NCBI GenBank assembly: GCA_938084135.1
Contig: CALKDS010000045.1
Location: forward strand, 287-64,286
From: an uncultured Flavobacteriales bacterium
GTDB lineage: Bacteria; Bacteroidota; Bacteroidia; Flavobacteriales; Schleiferiaceae
Length of the DNA stretch: 64,000 nt
Direction of reading: 5' to 3'
The position numbers were made by a program, and so were the translations under genes. Positions within the stretch are counted from its first letter, which is position 1. Each line of letters starts with the position of its first letter. Positions 8,134 through 17,035 of the stretch are shown piece after piece. Under the pieces are notes generated by a model. It was not told where the DNA came from and did no database searches. It saw only the letters and a program-made list of their open reading frames with translations.

Positions 8134-9471
8134 ATGCATCTTAATGGAAAAACAGTAGCTTTTCACACTCTTGGTTGCAAGCTGAACTTTGCTGAAACTA
8201 GCACCATTGCTCGAGACCTTAATAATGCGGGAATGCAAACCATACAGTTAAAACAAGGAGCTGATTTAGTTATAATTAACACATGCTCAGTTACTGAAAA
8301 AGCTGATATAGAATGTCGATCAATTGTAAGAAAGTCCCTTAGAGTAAATCCAGATTCATTTATTGTTGTCACGGGTTGTTATGCCCAACTTCGACCAAGT
8401 GAAATAGCAGATTTAGATGGCGTTGATATCGTACTTGGAGCTGCTGAAAAATTACATCTAAGAAGATTCCTAAATGATCTAGAAAAATTTCCAGAAACAG
8501 AGATTCATAGTTGTGAAATTAGTGATGTTGAAGCTTATGAAGCCGCATATAGCCATGGAGACCGTACTCGTGCATTTTTAAAGGTTCAAGATGGTTGTGA
8601 CTATAAATGCACCTACTGTACCATACCAATGGCAAGGGGTATAAGCAGGTCAGCCTCTCTTGATCAAATTGTTTCTCAAGCAGAAAATCTTGTAAAAAAC
8701 GGAGTTCAAGAAATAGTTTTAACTGGAGTCAATATTGGAGATTATGGTAAAGGAGAATTTGGTAATAAACAGCACCAACATCATTTTATCGATCTGCTAT
8801 TAGCCCTAGATAAAATTGAAAATCTAGACCGAATTCGAATATCATCTATAGAACCGAATTTACTAACCTTTCCAATTATTGATTTTATTTCAACAAGTGA
8901 AAAATTTGTTCCTCATTTCCATATCCCGTTGCAAAGCGGAAATAATGAAATATTAGGAAAAATGAAAAGACGTTATAAACGAGAACTTTACCTAGAGCGA
9001 GTCAATAGAATAAAAAAAGTAATGCCTGATGCGTGCATTGGAGTAGATATGATTGTTGGCTTTCCGGGAGAATCAGAGGAACACTTTTTAGACTCGTATA
9101 AATTTTTAAAAGATTTACCCATAAGTTATCTGCACGTATTCACGTATTCTGAAAGACCAGGTACAGACGCGTTAGACTTAAGTCACCCGATTCCAAAGAT
9201 TGAACGAAAAGCGAGAAACCATCGGTTAAGACTCTTAAGTGCTCAAAAGACAAAGTTTTTTGCTGATTCACATATTAATAGCATGAGAAGAGTACTCTGG
9301 GAACATTCCGATAGAGATGGCCGTATGCAAGGGTATACTGAAAATTATATCCGTGTCTCAGCTCCTTTCAATTTGAAAAAAGTAGGTACTATTGAATATG
9401 GAATTATTGGTAAAATCCAATCGGACGACTGCTTTGAGTTTAACCATATTCAGGTCACGCAAACGGCATGA
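8134..9471 (+). CDS. mtaB: tRNA methylthiotransferase MtaB (radical SAM, MiaB-like)
   Basis: N-terminal UPF0004 region (VAFHTLGCKLNFAETS, INTCSVT), radical-SAM CDYKCTYCTIP, C-terminal TRAM-like region. The ~445 aa size is typical of MtaB. Confidence 0.85.
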   Translation: MHLNGKTVAFHTLGCKLNFAETSTIARDLNNAGMQTIQLKQGADLVIINTCSVTEKADIECRSIVRKSLRVNPDSFIVVTGCYAQLRPSEIADLDGVDIVLGAAEKLHLRRFLNDLEKFPETEIHSCEISDVEAYEAAYSHGDRTRAFLKVQDGCDYKCTYCTIPMARGISRSASLDQIVSQAENLVKNGVQEIVLTGVNIGDYGKGEFGNKQHQHHFIDLLLALDKIENLDRIRISSIEPNLLTFPIIDFISTSEKFVPHFHIPLQSGNNEILGKMKRRYKRELYLERVNRIKKVMPDACIGVDMIVGFPGESEEHFLDSYKFLKDLPISYLHVFTYSERPGTDALDLSHPIPKIERKARNHRLRLLSAQKTKFFADSHINSMRRVLWEHSDRDGRMQGYTENYIRVSAPFNLKKVGTIEYGIIGKIQSDDCFEFNHIQVTQTA

Positions 9472-10280
9472 TAGAGAATTGGCAAAAAGAAGCTTTGCAA
9501 TTAATCAAAGATGTGGGTATCTGGATTGAGGAAGAAAAATTAAAAGTATTTTCAAAAAAAATAGAAACTAAAAGTTTGAATTCTTTCGTTTCCTACGTGG
9601 ATAAGGAGGCGGAAAAATTATTAATTGAGGGATTAAAAAAAATCATACCTGATTCCGGAATTATAGCTGAAGAAAGTGGGGGAGTTGAGTTATTAAATGG
9701 CTTTAACTGGATTATTGATCCTCTGGATGGTACCACAAACTATATTCACGGCTTAAAGCCCTATGCAATATCGGTGGCGTTAATGCTTGATAATGAAATC
9801 ATTTGGTCAGCAATCCTAGATCTATCAACATTTAAAATATACATGGCTGCAAAGGGAAAAGGAGCATTTTGTAACGAAATACCACTTGATATAAGTAATG
9901 GAAGTAAATTATCAGAAGGAATTATTGGTACTGGCTTTCCATACTATGATTTCTCTAAAGTTAATTCATACTTAAAAGTTCTTAAAAAATGTTTTGAGAA
10001 TTCACGTGGAGTTCGACGATTTGGATCTGCTGCAATTGATTTATGTCTTGTTGCTGAGGGTAAGTTTGTTGCTTTCTTTGAATATGGACTTGCTCCATGG
10101 GATATTGCTGCAGGTATACTCATCGTTCGCGAGGCAGGTGGTGGTGTCGGTACATTTGACTCTAGAGAAATTTCAGATCGAAACATGCTTTTTGCTCGTA
10201 ATATTGTAGTTGGCAATCCCGCCAGTTTCACGACACTGGTTAATTGGACAGATGAATACTTTGAAAAGATAGAATCATGA
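9468..10280 (+). CDS. Inositol monophosphatase family protein (SuhB-like)
   Basis: Motifs WIIDPLDGTTNY, GFPY and WDIAAG. ATGA overlap with mtaB. Confidence 0.85.
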   Translation: MIENWQKEALQLIKDVGIWIEEEKLKVFSKKIETKSLNSFVSYVDKEAEKLLIEGLKKIIPDSGIIAEESGGVELLNGFNWIIDPLDGTTNYIHGLKPYAISVALMLDNEIIWSAILDLSTFKIYMAAKGKGAFCNEIPLDISNGSKLSEGIIGTGFPYYDFSKVNSYLKVLKKCFENSRGVRRFGSAAIDLCLVAEGKFVAFFEYGLAPWDIAAGILIVREAGGGVGTFDSREISDRNMLFARNIVVGNPASFTTLVNWTDEYFEKIES

Positions 10281-10837
10281 AAACTGCAACAACTAAAATT
10301 GATGGTTTAATAATAATTGAACCTAAAGTTCATCATGACAACCGAGGATATTTTTTTGAAAGTTTTCGTTCAGACGTAATAGCTTTAAAAAAATACAAGT
10401 TTATCCAAGAAAACGAAAGTCTCAGCTCAAGGGGGATACTAAGAGGGCTACATTTTCAATCTCCACCATTTTCACAAACTAAACTTGTAAGAGTTGTTTC
10501 AGGATCCGTATACGACGTTGCCGTTGATTTAAGAATTGGATCACCGACATATGGGAATTGGCATGGCGAGGTCCTCTCAGGTGAAAATAAGAGGCAATTT
10601 TTAATTCCAGAAGGATTTGCACATGGTTTTATAACCTTGGAAGATGATACTATATTTCAATACAAATGCTCAAATTATTATTCTCCGAAAAACGAGGGTG
10701 GAATTTCGTATCGCGACAATGAATTAAATATAAATTGGAGCAAAATATCTGGAATTCCAGAAATTGATTTTTTATTGACTCAAAAAGATCAAGAATATCC
10801 TTTACTACGCGATTTTAACAGTCCTTTCACCTTATAA
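10277..10837 (+). CDS. rfbC: dTDP-4-dehydrorhamnose 3,5-epimerase
   Basis: RmlC cupin sequence: HHDNRGYFFESF, LRGLHFQ, KLVRVVSGSVYDVAVDLR, GFAHGF. Confidence 0.9.
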   Translation: MKTATTKIDGLIIIEPKVHHDNRGYFFESFRSDVIALKKYKFIQENESLSSRGILRGLHFQSPPFSQTKLVRVVSGSVYDVAVDLRIGSPTYGNWHGEVLSGENKRQFLIPEGFAHGFITLEDDTIFQYKCSNYYSPKNEGGISYRDNELNINWSKISGIPEIDFLLTQKDQEYPLLRDFNSPFTL

Positions 10838-10841
10838 ATAA

Positions 10842-11768
10842 ATGAAATTTTATAAATCAAAATTTATTGTCATCTCTCTTTTTGTTGGCGCTTTATTAAT
10901 TTTTGCAATTCCCGATACATTCACTCGTGGCGAGAAAATGATGCATCTTTCTACATCCAATCATGTCATGGTCGTTCCTTTACCTGAAGAAATCAGCCTT
11001 GCCGGTGAATCAATGCCAGATAATATAAATTCGAGAGAATCATTGAGTAGGGAAATGCAGGTCAATTCTTTTTGGCACAGTAATACCCTTCAAATATTGC
11101 AAAGAAGCGGCAGATTTTTCCCGGTTATAGAATCAATTCTGCAAGAAGAAGGAATCCCTGATGACTTCAAATATCTGGCTGTTATAGAAAGTGGACTATC
11201 TCCTGCTCTCTCTCCAGCTGGGGCTGCAGGCTTATGGCAATTAATGAAAGGTACCGCCATGGATTATGGCCTTGAAGTTAATGACCAAATAGATGAGCGG
11301 TACCATATTATAAAAGCTACAAGAGCTGCATGCGCATATCTTAAAGACGCGAAAAAAAAATTTGGCTCATGGACCCTTGCTGGGGCAGCCTATAATATGG
11401 GTATGGCTGGATTGCAAAAGCAACTATCTAGGCAAAAAGAATCTAATTACTATGATCTATTATTAAATGAAGAAACAAAACGTTATGTATTTAGAATATT
11501 AGCTCTTAAATATATTTTTAAAGAACCCAGAGCTTACGGGTTTGATATTTTCCCAAATGATTATTTCCTCCCTTGGGAGGACCAAATAATAACTATTGAC
11601 AGCAATATCAATAGTTGGGGTGAGTTTGCACATCTTTACGGATGGTCATACAAAGAATTAAAAATTCATAATCCGTGGTTAAGAGATTCATATTTAAATA
11701 ATACTGTTCAAAAGCAATATGAAATATCTATTCCCTCCAAAAATTCTAAACTGAAAATAAAATATTAA
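10842..11768 (+). CDS. Lytic transglycosylase (SLT/MltD-like) domain protein
   Basis: N-terminal TM or signal sequence. SLT catalytic region LAVIESGLSP...AAGLWQLM...AAYNMG. Confidence 0.75.
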   Translation: MKFYKSKFIVISLFVGALLIFAIPDTFTRGEKMMHLSTSNHVMVVPLPEEISLAGESMPDNINSRESLSREMQVNSFWHSNTLQILQRSGRFFPVIESILQEEGIPDDFKYLAVIESGLSPALSPAGAAGLWQLMKGTAMDYGLEVNDQIDERYHIIKATRAACAYLKDAKKKFGSWTLAGAAYNMGMAGLQKQLSRQKESNYYDLLLNEETKRYVFRILALKYIFKEPRAYGFDIFPNDYFLPWEDQIITIDSNINSWGEFAHLYGWSYKELKIHNPWLRDSYLNNTVQKQYEISIPSKNSKLKIKY

Positions 11769-11776
11769 ATAGGTTT

Positions 11777-14602
11777 ATGAATGAGGAAATAATTATTCTC
11801 GGAGCAAGAGAACATAATTTGCGTAACCTTGACATTAGTATTCCACGAAATTCGCTTGTCGTGATAACTGGGCTCAGCGGAAGTGGAAAATCCTCCCTTG
11901 CGTTTGACACCATTTATTCAGAAGGACAAAGACGTTATATGGAAACTTTTTCAAGTTATGCCCGTCAATTTTTAGGCACAATGGAACGTCCAGATGTAGA
12001 TTCTATTGAAGGTTTAAGTCCAGTCATTGCAATTGAGCAAAAAACAACCAATCGAAACCCCAGGTCTACAGTTGGAACAGTAACGGAGATTTATGATTTT
12101 CTTCGTCTTCTTTTTGCAAGAGTTTCTACAGCATATTCTCTAAATACTGGAGAAGAAATGATAAGTTATACAGATGAGGAGATACTAAAAAAAGTATTAA
12201 AAAAATATATGGGTAAACGAATAGCTATTCTTGGCCCAGCTGTTCGCTCCAGAAAAGGGCATTATCGAGATTTATTTGAATCATTTGCAAAACAAGGTTA
12301 TCTCAAAGCACGTGTTGATAACGAATGGCTGGATATAGTTAAAAACATGAGACTCGATCGTTATAAGACACATGATATTGAGATAGTTGTCGATAGAATT
12401 GATGTCACGAAAAATATTCAAGATAGATTAAAGAAAAGTATTCTTCTGGCAATGAGAATTGGGAAAGGAAGCATAATTATTTCTGACTATGAAAGCTCTA
12501 ATAGTGTACACTTTAGTCGAAACTTAATGTGCCCAACAACTGGTATATCATACCCTGAGCCTGAACCAAATTCATTCAGCTTTAACTCGCCTAAGGGCGC
12601 ATGCATTAAGTGTGACGGGATAGGTAGAGTTCAAGTCGTTGACTTATTAAAAGTAATTTCTAATTCTAAAAACTCACTTAAAAACGGGGCATTAAAACCT
12701 CTTGGAGAATACAGAAAATCATGGATATTTCAACAGATGGAATATTTAGGATTGCGATTCAATTTTGACTTGGATACACCATGGGGAAAGATTTCAGCCC
12801 AAGGAAAATCGGCAATTTTAAACGGTCACAAAGAAAAATTTCAAATTGAGAATAAAACTATTGGCGTCACTAGAAAAATTAATATCGATTATGAGGGAAT
12901 AATAAATTTTATTCAAACTCAAAAGCTTGAAAGCAAAAGCAAAAGTTTACAACGCTGGGCAGATGAGTTCATGATTGAAGAGGTTTGTGATTCTTGCAAT
13001 GGCGCTAGGCTGAAAAACGAATCTTTAAATTTTAAAATAGAAAACAAAAGCATTGCGGATTTAACACAAATAAGTATTGGGGAATTGCAGCAATGGGCGG
13101 ATACCATACTTGATAAATTAGATGATTCCAAAAAGCGAATTGGATCAGAGATAATCAAAGAACTTAAAGTTCGAATAAAATTCCTTACCGATGTCGGACT
13201 CCATTATCTTTCCCTTAATCGCAGTTCCCGATCTCTTTCTGGTGGAGAAGCCCAAAGAATAAGACTAGCTACTCAAATAGGATCTCAATTAGTAAATGTC
13301 CTTTATATACTCGACGAACCAAGTATTGGACTTCATCAAAGAGATAACCAAAAATTGATCAATAGTCTCGAAAATTTAAGAGATATTGGTAATTCAGTTA
13401 TTGTTGTCGAACACGATGAGGATATGATGAGATCAGCTGATCATATTATAGATCTTGGTCCAAATGCTGGAATTCATGGTGGAGAAATAATGGCACAGGG
13501 AGATTACCTCACTATATCCAAAAGCATGAGTTTAACCGGGAAATTCCTGCGGAATGAGTTGAAAATGTCAATTCCAAAAAGAAGAATTGGTAACGGGGAA
13601 TTTATTCAAATAACCGGAGCAAATGGGAATAATCTTAAAAATGTTGACCTAAAAATTCCTCTTGGAGTTTTAACAGTTGTTACAGGGGTTTCCGGATCCG
13701 GAAAATCCACTCTAATAAATAATACATTATATCCGGCAATAGCAGGTCCATTGCATGGACTCCTTAAAGTCCCAGAACCTCACAAATCTGTAAAAGGTAT
13801 TGAACATATTGATAAAGTTATTGATGTTGATCAAAGTCCTATTGGCAGAACTCCAAGGTCAAATCCAGCAACTTATACAAATGTTTTTAATGATATCCGT
13901 AAACTATTTTCAGATATCCCTGAAGCAAAAATTCGCGGATACGCACCTGGTCGGTTTTCATTTAATGTGAAAGGCGGACGTTGTGAAACATGTCAAGGAG
14001 GAGGAATGAAGACTATTGAAATGAATTTCCTTCCGGATGTTTATGTCCCTTGCGAAACTTGTCAAGGAAAACGATTTAACAGAGAAACCCTTGAAATACG
14101 TTACAAAGGAAAAAGCATTAGTGATGTATTAAGCCTATCTATTTCAGATGCGTATATTTTTTTTGAGCCGATTCCAAAAATACATAGAGTTTTAAAAACC
14201 TTAACAGACGTTGGTCTTGGTTACATAACATTAGGTCAACCATCGACAACACTTAGTGGTGGGGAAGCTCAACGTATTAAACTAGCAACTGAACTCTGTA
14301 AAAGAGATACGGGAAAAACATTATATATACTCGATGAACCAACAACAGGGCTTCATTTTGAAGATATACGAATACTCATGAAAGTTATTAATGAACTTGT
14401 AGACAAAGGAAACACAGCAATTATTATAGAGCACAACATAGATGTTATGCTTCAAGGAGATAACATTATTGACTTAGGACCTGACGGTGGAGAATCTGGT
14501 GGTGAAATTGTTGCTTCAGGAACTCCTGAAGATGTCTCTAAAAGTTCTAAAAGTATTACTGCTCCGTTCCTAAAAGAATCCTTAAAAAAAAGTCTTAATT
14601 AA
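11777..14602 (+). CDS. uvrA: Excinuclease ABC subunit A
   Basis: Two ABC modules (GLSGSGKSSLAFDT; GVSGSGKSTL), LSGGEAQR twice, zinc-finger cysteines (CxxC pairs). 941 aa. Confidence 0.97.
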   Translation: MNEEIIILGAREHNLRNLDISIPRNSLVVITGLSGSGKSSLAFDTIYSEGQRRYMETFSSYARQFLGTMERPDVDSIEGLSPVIAIEQKTTNRNPRSTVGTVTEIYDFLRLLFARVSTAYSLNTGEEMISYTDEEILKKVLKKYMGKRIAILGPAVRSRKGHYRDLFESFAKQGYLKARVDNEWLDIVKNMRLDRYKTHDIEIVVDRIDVTKNIQDRLKKSILLAMRIGKGSIIISDYESSNSVHFSRNLMCPTTGISYPEPEPNSFSFNSPKGACIKCDGIGRVQVVDLLKVISNSKNSLKNGALKPLGEYRKSWIFQQMEYLGLRFNFDLDTPWGKISAQGKSAILNGHKEKFQIENKTIGVTRKINIDYEGIINFIQTQKLESKSKSLQRWADEFMIEEVCDSCNGARLKNESLNFKIENKSIADLTQISIGELQQWADTILDKLDDSKKRIGSEIIKELKVRIKFLTDVGLHYLSLNRSSRSLSGGEAQRIRLATQIGSQLVNVLYILDEPSIGLHQRDNQKLINSLENLRDIGNSVIVVEHDEDMMRSADHIIDLGPNAGIHGGEIMAQGDYLTISKSMSLTGKFLRNELKMSIPKRRIGNGEFIQITGANGNNLKNVDLKIPLGVLTVVTGVSGSGKSTLINNTLYPAIAGPLHGLLKVPEPHKSVKGIEHIDKVIDVDQSPIGRTPRSNPATYTNVFNDIRKLFSDIPEAKIRGYAPGRFSFNVKGGRCETCQGGGMKTIEMNFLPDVYVPCETCQGKRFNRETLEIRYKGKSISDVLSLSISDAYIFFEPIPKIHRVLKTLTDVGLGYITLGQPSTTLSGGEAQRIKLATELCKRDTGKTLYILDEPTTGLHFEDIRILMKVINELVDKGNTAIIIEHNIDVMLQGDNIIDLGPDGGESGGEIVASGTPEDVSKSSKSITAPFLKESLKKSLN

Positions 14603-14682
14603 AGAATTCGTATCTTTTCATTGTGAGGTAAAAGGATGAATTGATGAATTAACTTCACGACACAACCTAAAATAAATCAATA

Positions 14683-15366
14683 TTGAAAACTGTAAATTCA
14701 AAAACCTGGAATGAGATAAAGACTAATGACTCATGGGCAATATTTAAAATAATGTCCGAATTTGTAGAAGGCTATGAAAGACTGTCGCGCATCGGGCCAT
14801 GCGTGAGCATTTTTGGCTCCGCAAGACTAAAAGAAAATCATCAATGGTATTTAAAAGCACAAGAAATTGCAGAAAGGTTAGGTGAACTTGGATACGGTAT
14901 AATTTCTGGCGGAGGTCCTGGAATAATGGAAGCAGCAAACAGGGGGGCTAAAAAAGTTAATTCACCATCCGTTGGACTTAACATTGAACTAGAACATGAG
15001 CAAAGCCCAAATGGCTTTATCGATACTGATAAAAGTGTAGATTTTGATTATTTCTTTGTACGCAAAGTGATGTTTGTCAAATACTCACAAGGCTTCGTTG
15101 TAATGCCTGGAGGTTTTGGAACACTTGATGAACTTTTTGAGGCCCTAACTCTTATTCAAACAAAAAAAATTGATAAGTTTCCTGTAGTTTTAGTCGGAAA
15201 AGAATATTGGTTTGGATTAATAGATTGGATAACTAATACTTTAATGAAGAACGGACTTATTGGCAATGATGACCTTGGCATTTTGAGCATTGTAGACAGC
15301 CCAGAAGAGGCTGTTAAAGAAATAAATGATTTCTATGAAAAATACCTTTTAAAACCAAATTTTTAA
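14683..15366 (+). CDS. LOG family / TIGR00730 Rossmann-fold nucleotide-binding protein (cytokinin riboside 5'-monophosphate phosphoribohydrolase-like)
   Basis: Motifs GGGPGIMEA and PGGFGTLDE. The start codon at 14683 is TTG; no in-frame ATG lies upstream of the conserved WNE...SWAIFKIM region. Confidence 0.85.
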   Translation: MKTVNSKTWNEIKTNDSWAIFKIMSEFVEGYERLSRIGPCVSIFGSARLKENHQWYLKAQEIAERLGELGYGIISGGGPGIMEAANRGAKKVNSPSVGLNIELEHEQSPNGFIDTDKSVDFDYFFVRKVMFVKYSQGFVVMPGGFGTLDELFEALTLIQTKKIDKFPVVLVGKEYWFGLIDWITNTLMKNGLIGNDDLGILSIVDSPEEAVKEINDFYEKYLLKPNF

Positions 15367-15373
15367 AAGAATA

Positions 15374-17035
15374 TCAAGGGCGAAATAAGCGAACCGAACC
15401 TTCTAAACCATTTTTTAATTTATAATTCAAAATATAAATTGTAGAATTTGGAGGCATAGGAATTGACTTAGTTTCTTCCCCTGACCACTGACCTGTATAT
15501 AATTCTTTACCACTTAAATCCAGAACACGAACTAACATCCCTTTATGATCGTCTCCTGTACTAGTTAATCTCCAATATTCATTTCCATTTAAAATTTTAA
15601 ATGGAATCTGGTCAAGTTCTTTCAAAGAACTTACAGTTGTTGCAATTAATGTATCATGCGGATAGAAACCCGAACCCAAATTGACAATTAATGAATCAGA
15701 CCCGAATACCCCCCCGGCTATTGGATTATATTCATAAATAAGCGTATCGTTTGTTGCCATGGGAGAACTATAGATAACAATACCATTATCATCGGCATAC
15801 AATGTATCTCCAAGATTTTTCCAAAAAACAAAATCCTTTCCACTAGCATTACCAAAAACAACATTACCTCCATTTATGTCTATATGTCCTAATTGAACGT
15901 GCAATCTGCTAACTTCAGGATATTCAGGCTCTAAAACAAATAAGCCCTCTTGTCTGTCAGATACTAATATCTTACCACTTGGTAAATATGGGTATGCTCC
16001 CCATGCGCCAGAATATCCACCTCCCGAATTTGGAGAAGTATCATAATATCCGGACAATACAGGAAGCTCCGGGTATTCAACATCTAAAATATGTAACCCA
16101 AAAGTATAATATGATGTTATTAAATTTGTTCCTAGAACGTGAGTATTGTGGGGGATCAAAGATGTATTGGGCTGAACATTATGTCTAAATAATTCATTTA
16201 CATTATTTAGATCAGAAATATCGAATGAACTTATATATCCATTTGAAAGTTCATCTGTTGCATAAAGAACATCTCCATCATCACTCAACCATGTGTTATG
16301 ACAAAAATTTCCCGGAGTCGGCCACGTCCGGATTAATTGAGGATTCGATTTTAACGAGACGTTAACTGCAACAACTCCTGAATATAGAGCTGCCCCATAA
16401 AGTGTGTCATTCCGCGCGAAACCATCATGAAAGTAGTAATTATCATAAATTCCTGAAAATGAGGGATTCCAGGGATCTGAAGCTAAATCTAGCATCAAAG
16501 CACCACCAACTCCCACATTAGATCCAAATGCAAAGAGAATCCCAGTATCATCAATCCAGAGATTATGAGCACGAACCAATGTATCTACTTGTCCATTTCC
16601 TCTTGGAATCGGAAGTTTCACAAACTTATGCCTCCCTGAGGCAAGGCTATCCAAATCAATAATTAATAAACCGTCAAAAACGGGATTTGAACCAGATGGA
16701 ACATCATGAACTACATAGGCATAATGGCTAAAAGTTTTTATATCTCTCCAAATCGAAGGGGATCCAGAAAACCAGTAAGAATCTCCAACTTGACTTGAAG
16801 CTGTTATCTGGGCTATTAGAGCACCATTATAATTACCAATAAGAGCATATTCCTTTCCGGTAGAAGAATCAACGTATCCCCAGACATCAGAACATAGATT
16901 ACCGGCATTTGTATCTAACCAATCTGAAACAGGATAATGTAATTTACTGATGACATTTAGACTGTCATTATTTGGTTGAGCGGTTAAGCCAAAAGCAAGA
17001 AAGAAATAGACTATGGATAAATATTTACTCATCAA
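15374..17035 (-). CDS. Secreted beta-propeller protein (choice-of-anchor B / LVIVD-repeat-like) with T9SS C-terminal sorting domain
   Basis: Signal peptide. N-terminal region SDVWGY...EYALIG...WRDIKTF.HYAYVV...GLLIIDL resembles the LVIVD/choice-of-anchor-B family. The last ~80 aa form a beta-rich CTD ending ...YILNYKLKNGLEGSVRLFRP. ATGA overlap with the parC stop. Confidence 0.6.
   Translation of the reverse strand: MMSKYLSIVYFFLAFGLTAQPNNDSLNVISKLHYPVSDWLDTNAGNLCSDVWGYVDSSTGKEYALIGNYNGALIAQITASSQVGDSYWFSGSPSIWRDIKTFSHYAYVVHDVPSGSNPVFDGLLIIDLDSLASGRHKFVKLPIPRGNGQVDTLVRAHNLWIDDTGILFAFGSNVGVGGALMLDLASDPWNPSFSGIYDNYYFHDGFARNDTLYGAALYSGVVAVNVSLKSNPQLIRTWPTPGNFCHNTWLSDDGDVLYATDELSNGYISSFDISDLNNVNELFRHNVQPNTSLIPHNTHVLGTNLITSYYTFGLHILDVEYPELPVLSGYYDTSPNSGGGYSGAWGAYPYLPSGKILVSDRQEGLFVLEPEYPEVSRLHVQLGHIDINGGNVVFGNASGKDFVFWKNLGDTLYADDNGIVIYSSPMATNDTLIYEYNPIAGGVFGSDSLIVNLGSGFYPHDTLIATTVSSLKELDQIPFKILNGNEYWRLTSTGDDHKGMLVRVLDLSGKELYTGQWSGEETKSIPMPPNSTIYILNYKLKNGLEGSVRLFRP

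Noticed and set aside
14635-14650. Perfect tandem duplication GATGAATT-GATGAATT in the uvrA-LOG spacer
   Set aside because: A real repeat, but only 2 x 8 nt of A/T-rich sequence. It is easily produced by chance or slippage, and I could tie it to no associated structure or motif.
15700-15715. Homopolymeric C/G runs of 6-7 nt inside coding regions (15707 region, 21430 region, 46553 region, 22990 region, 14942 region) and the G5T9 run at the 5' end of the SBP gene (8071-8085) as phase-variation switches
   Set aside because: The G/C runs all encode Gly-Gly or Pro dipeptides at conserved positions of housekeeping or ordinary genes. The T9 run is unremarkable in this A/T-rich genome. A single sequence gives no evidence of length variation.
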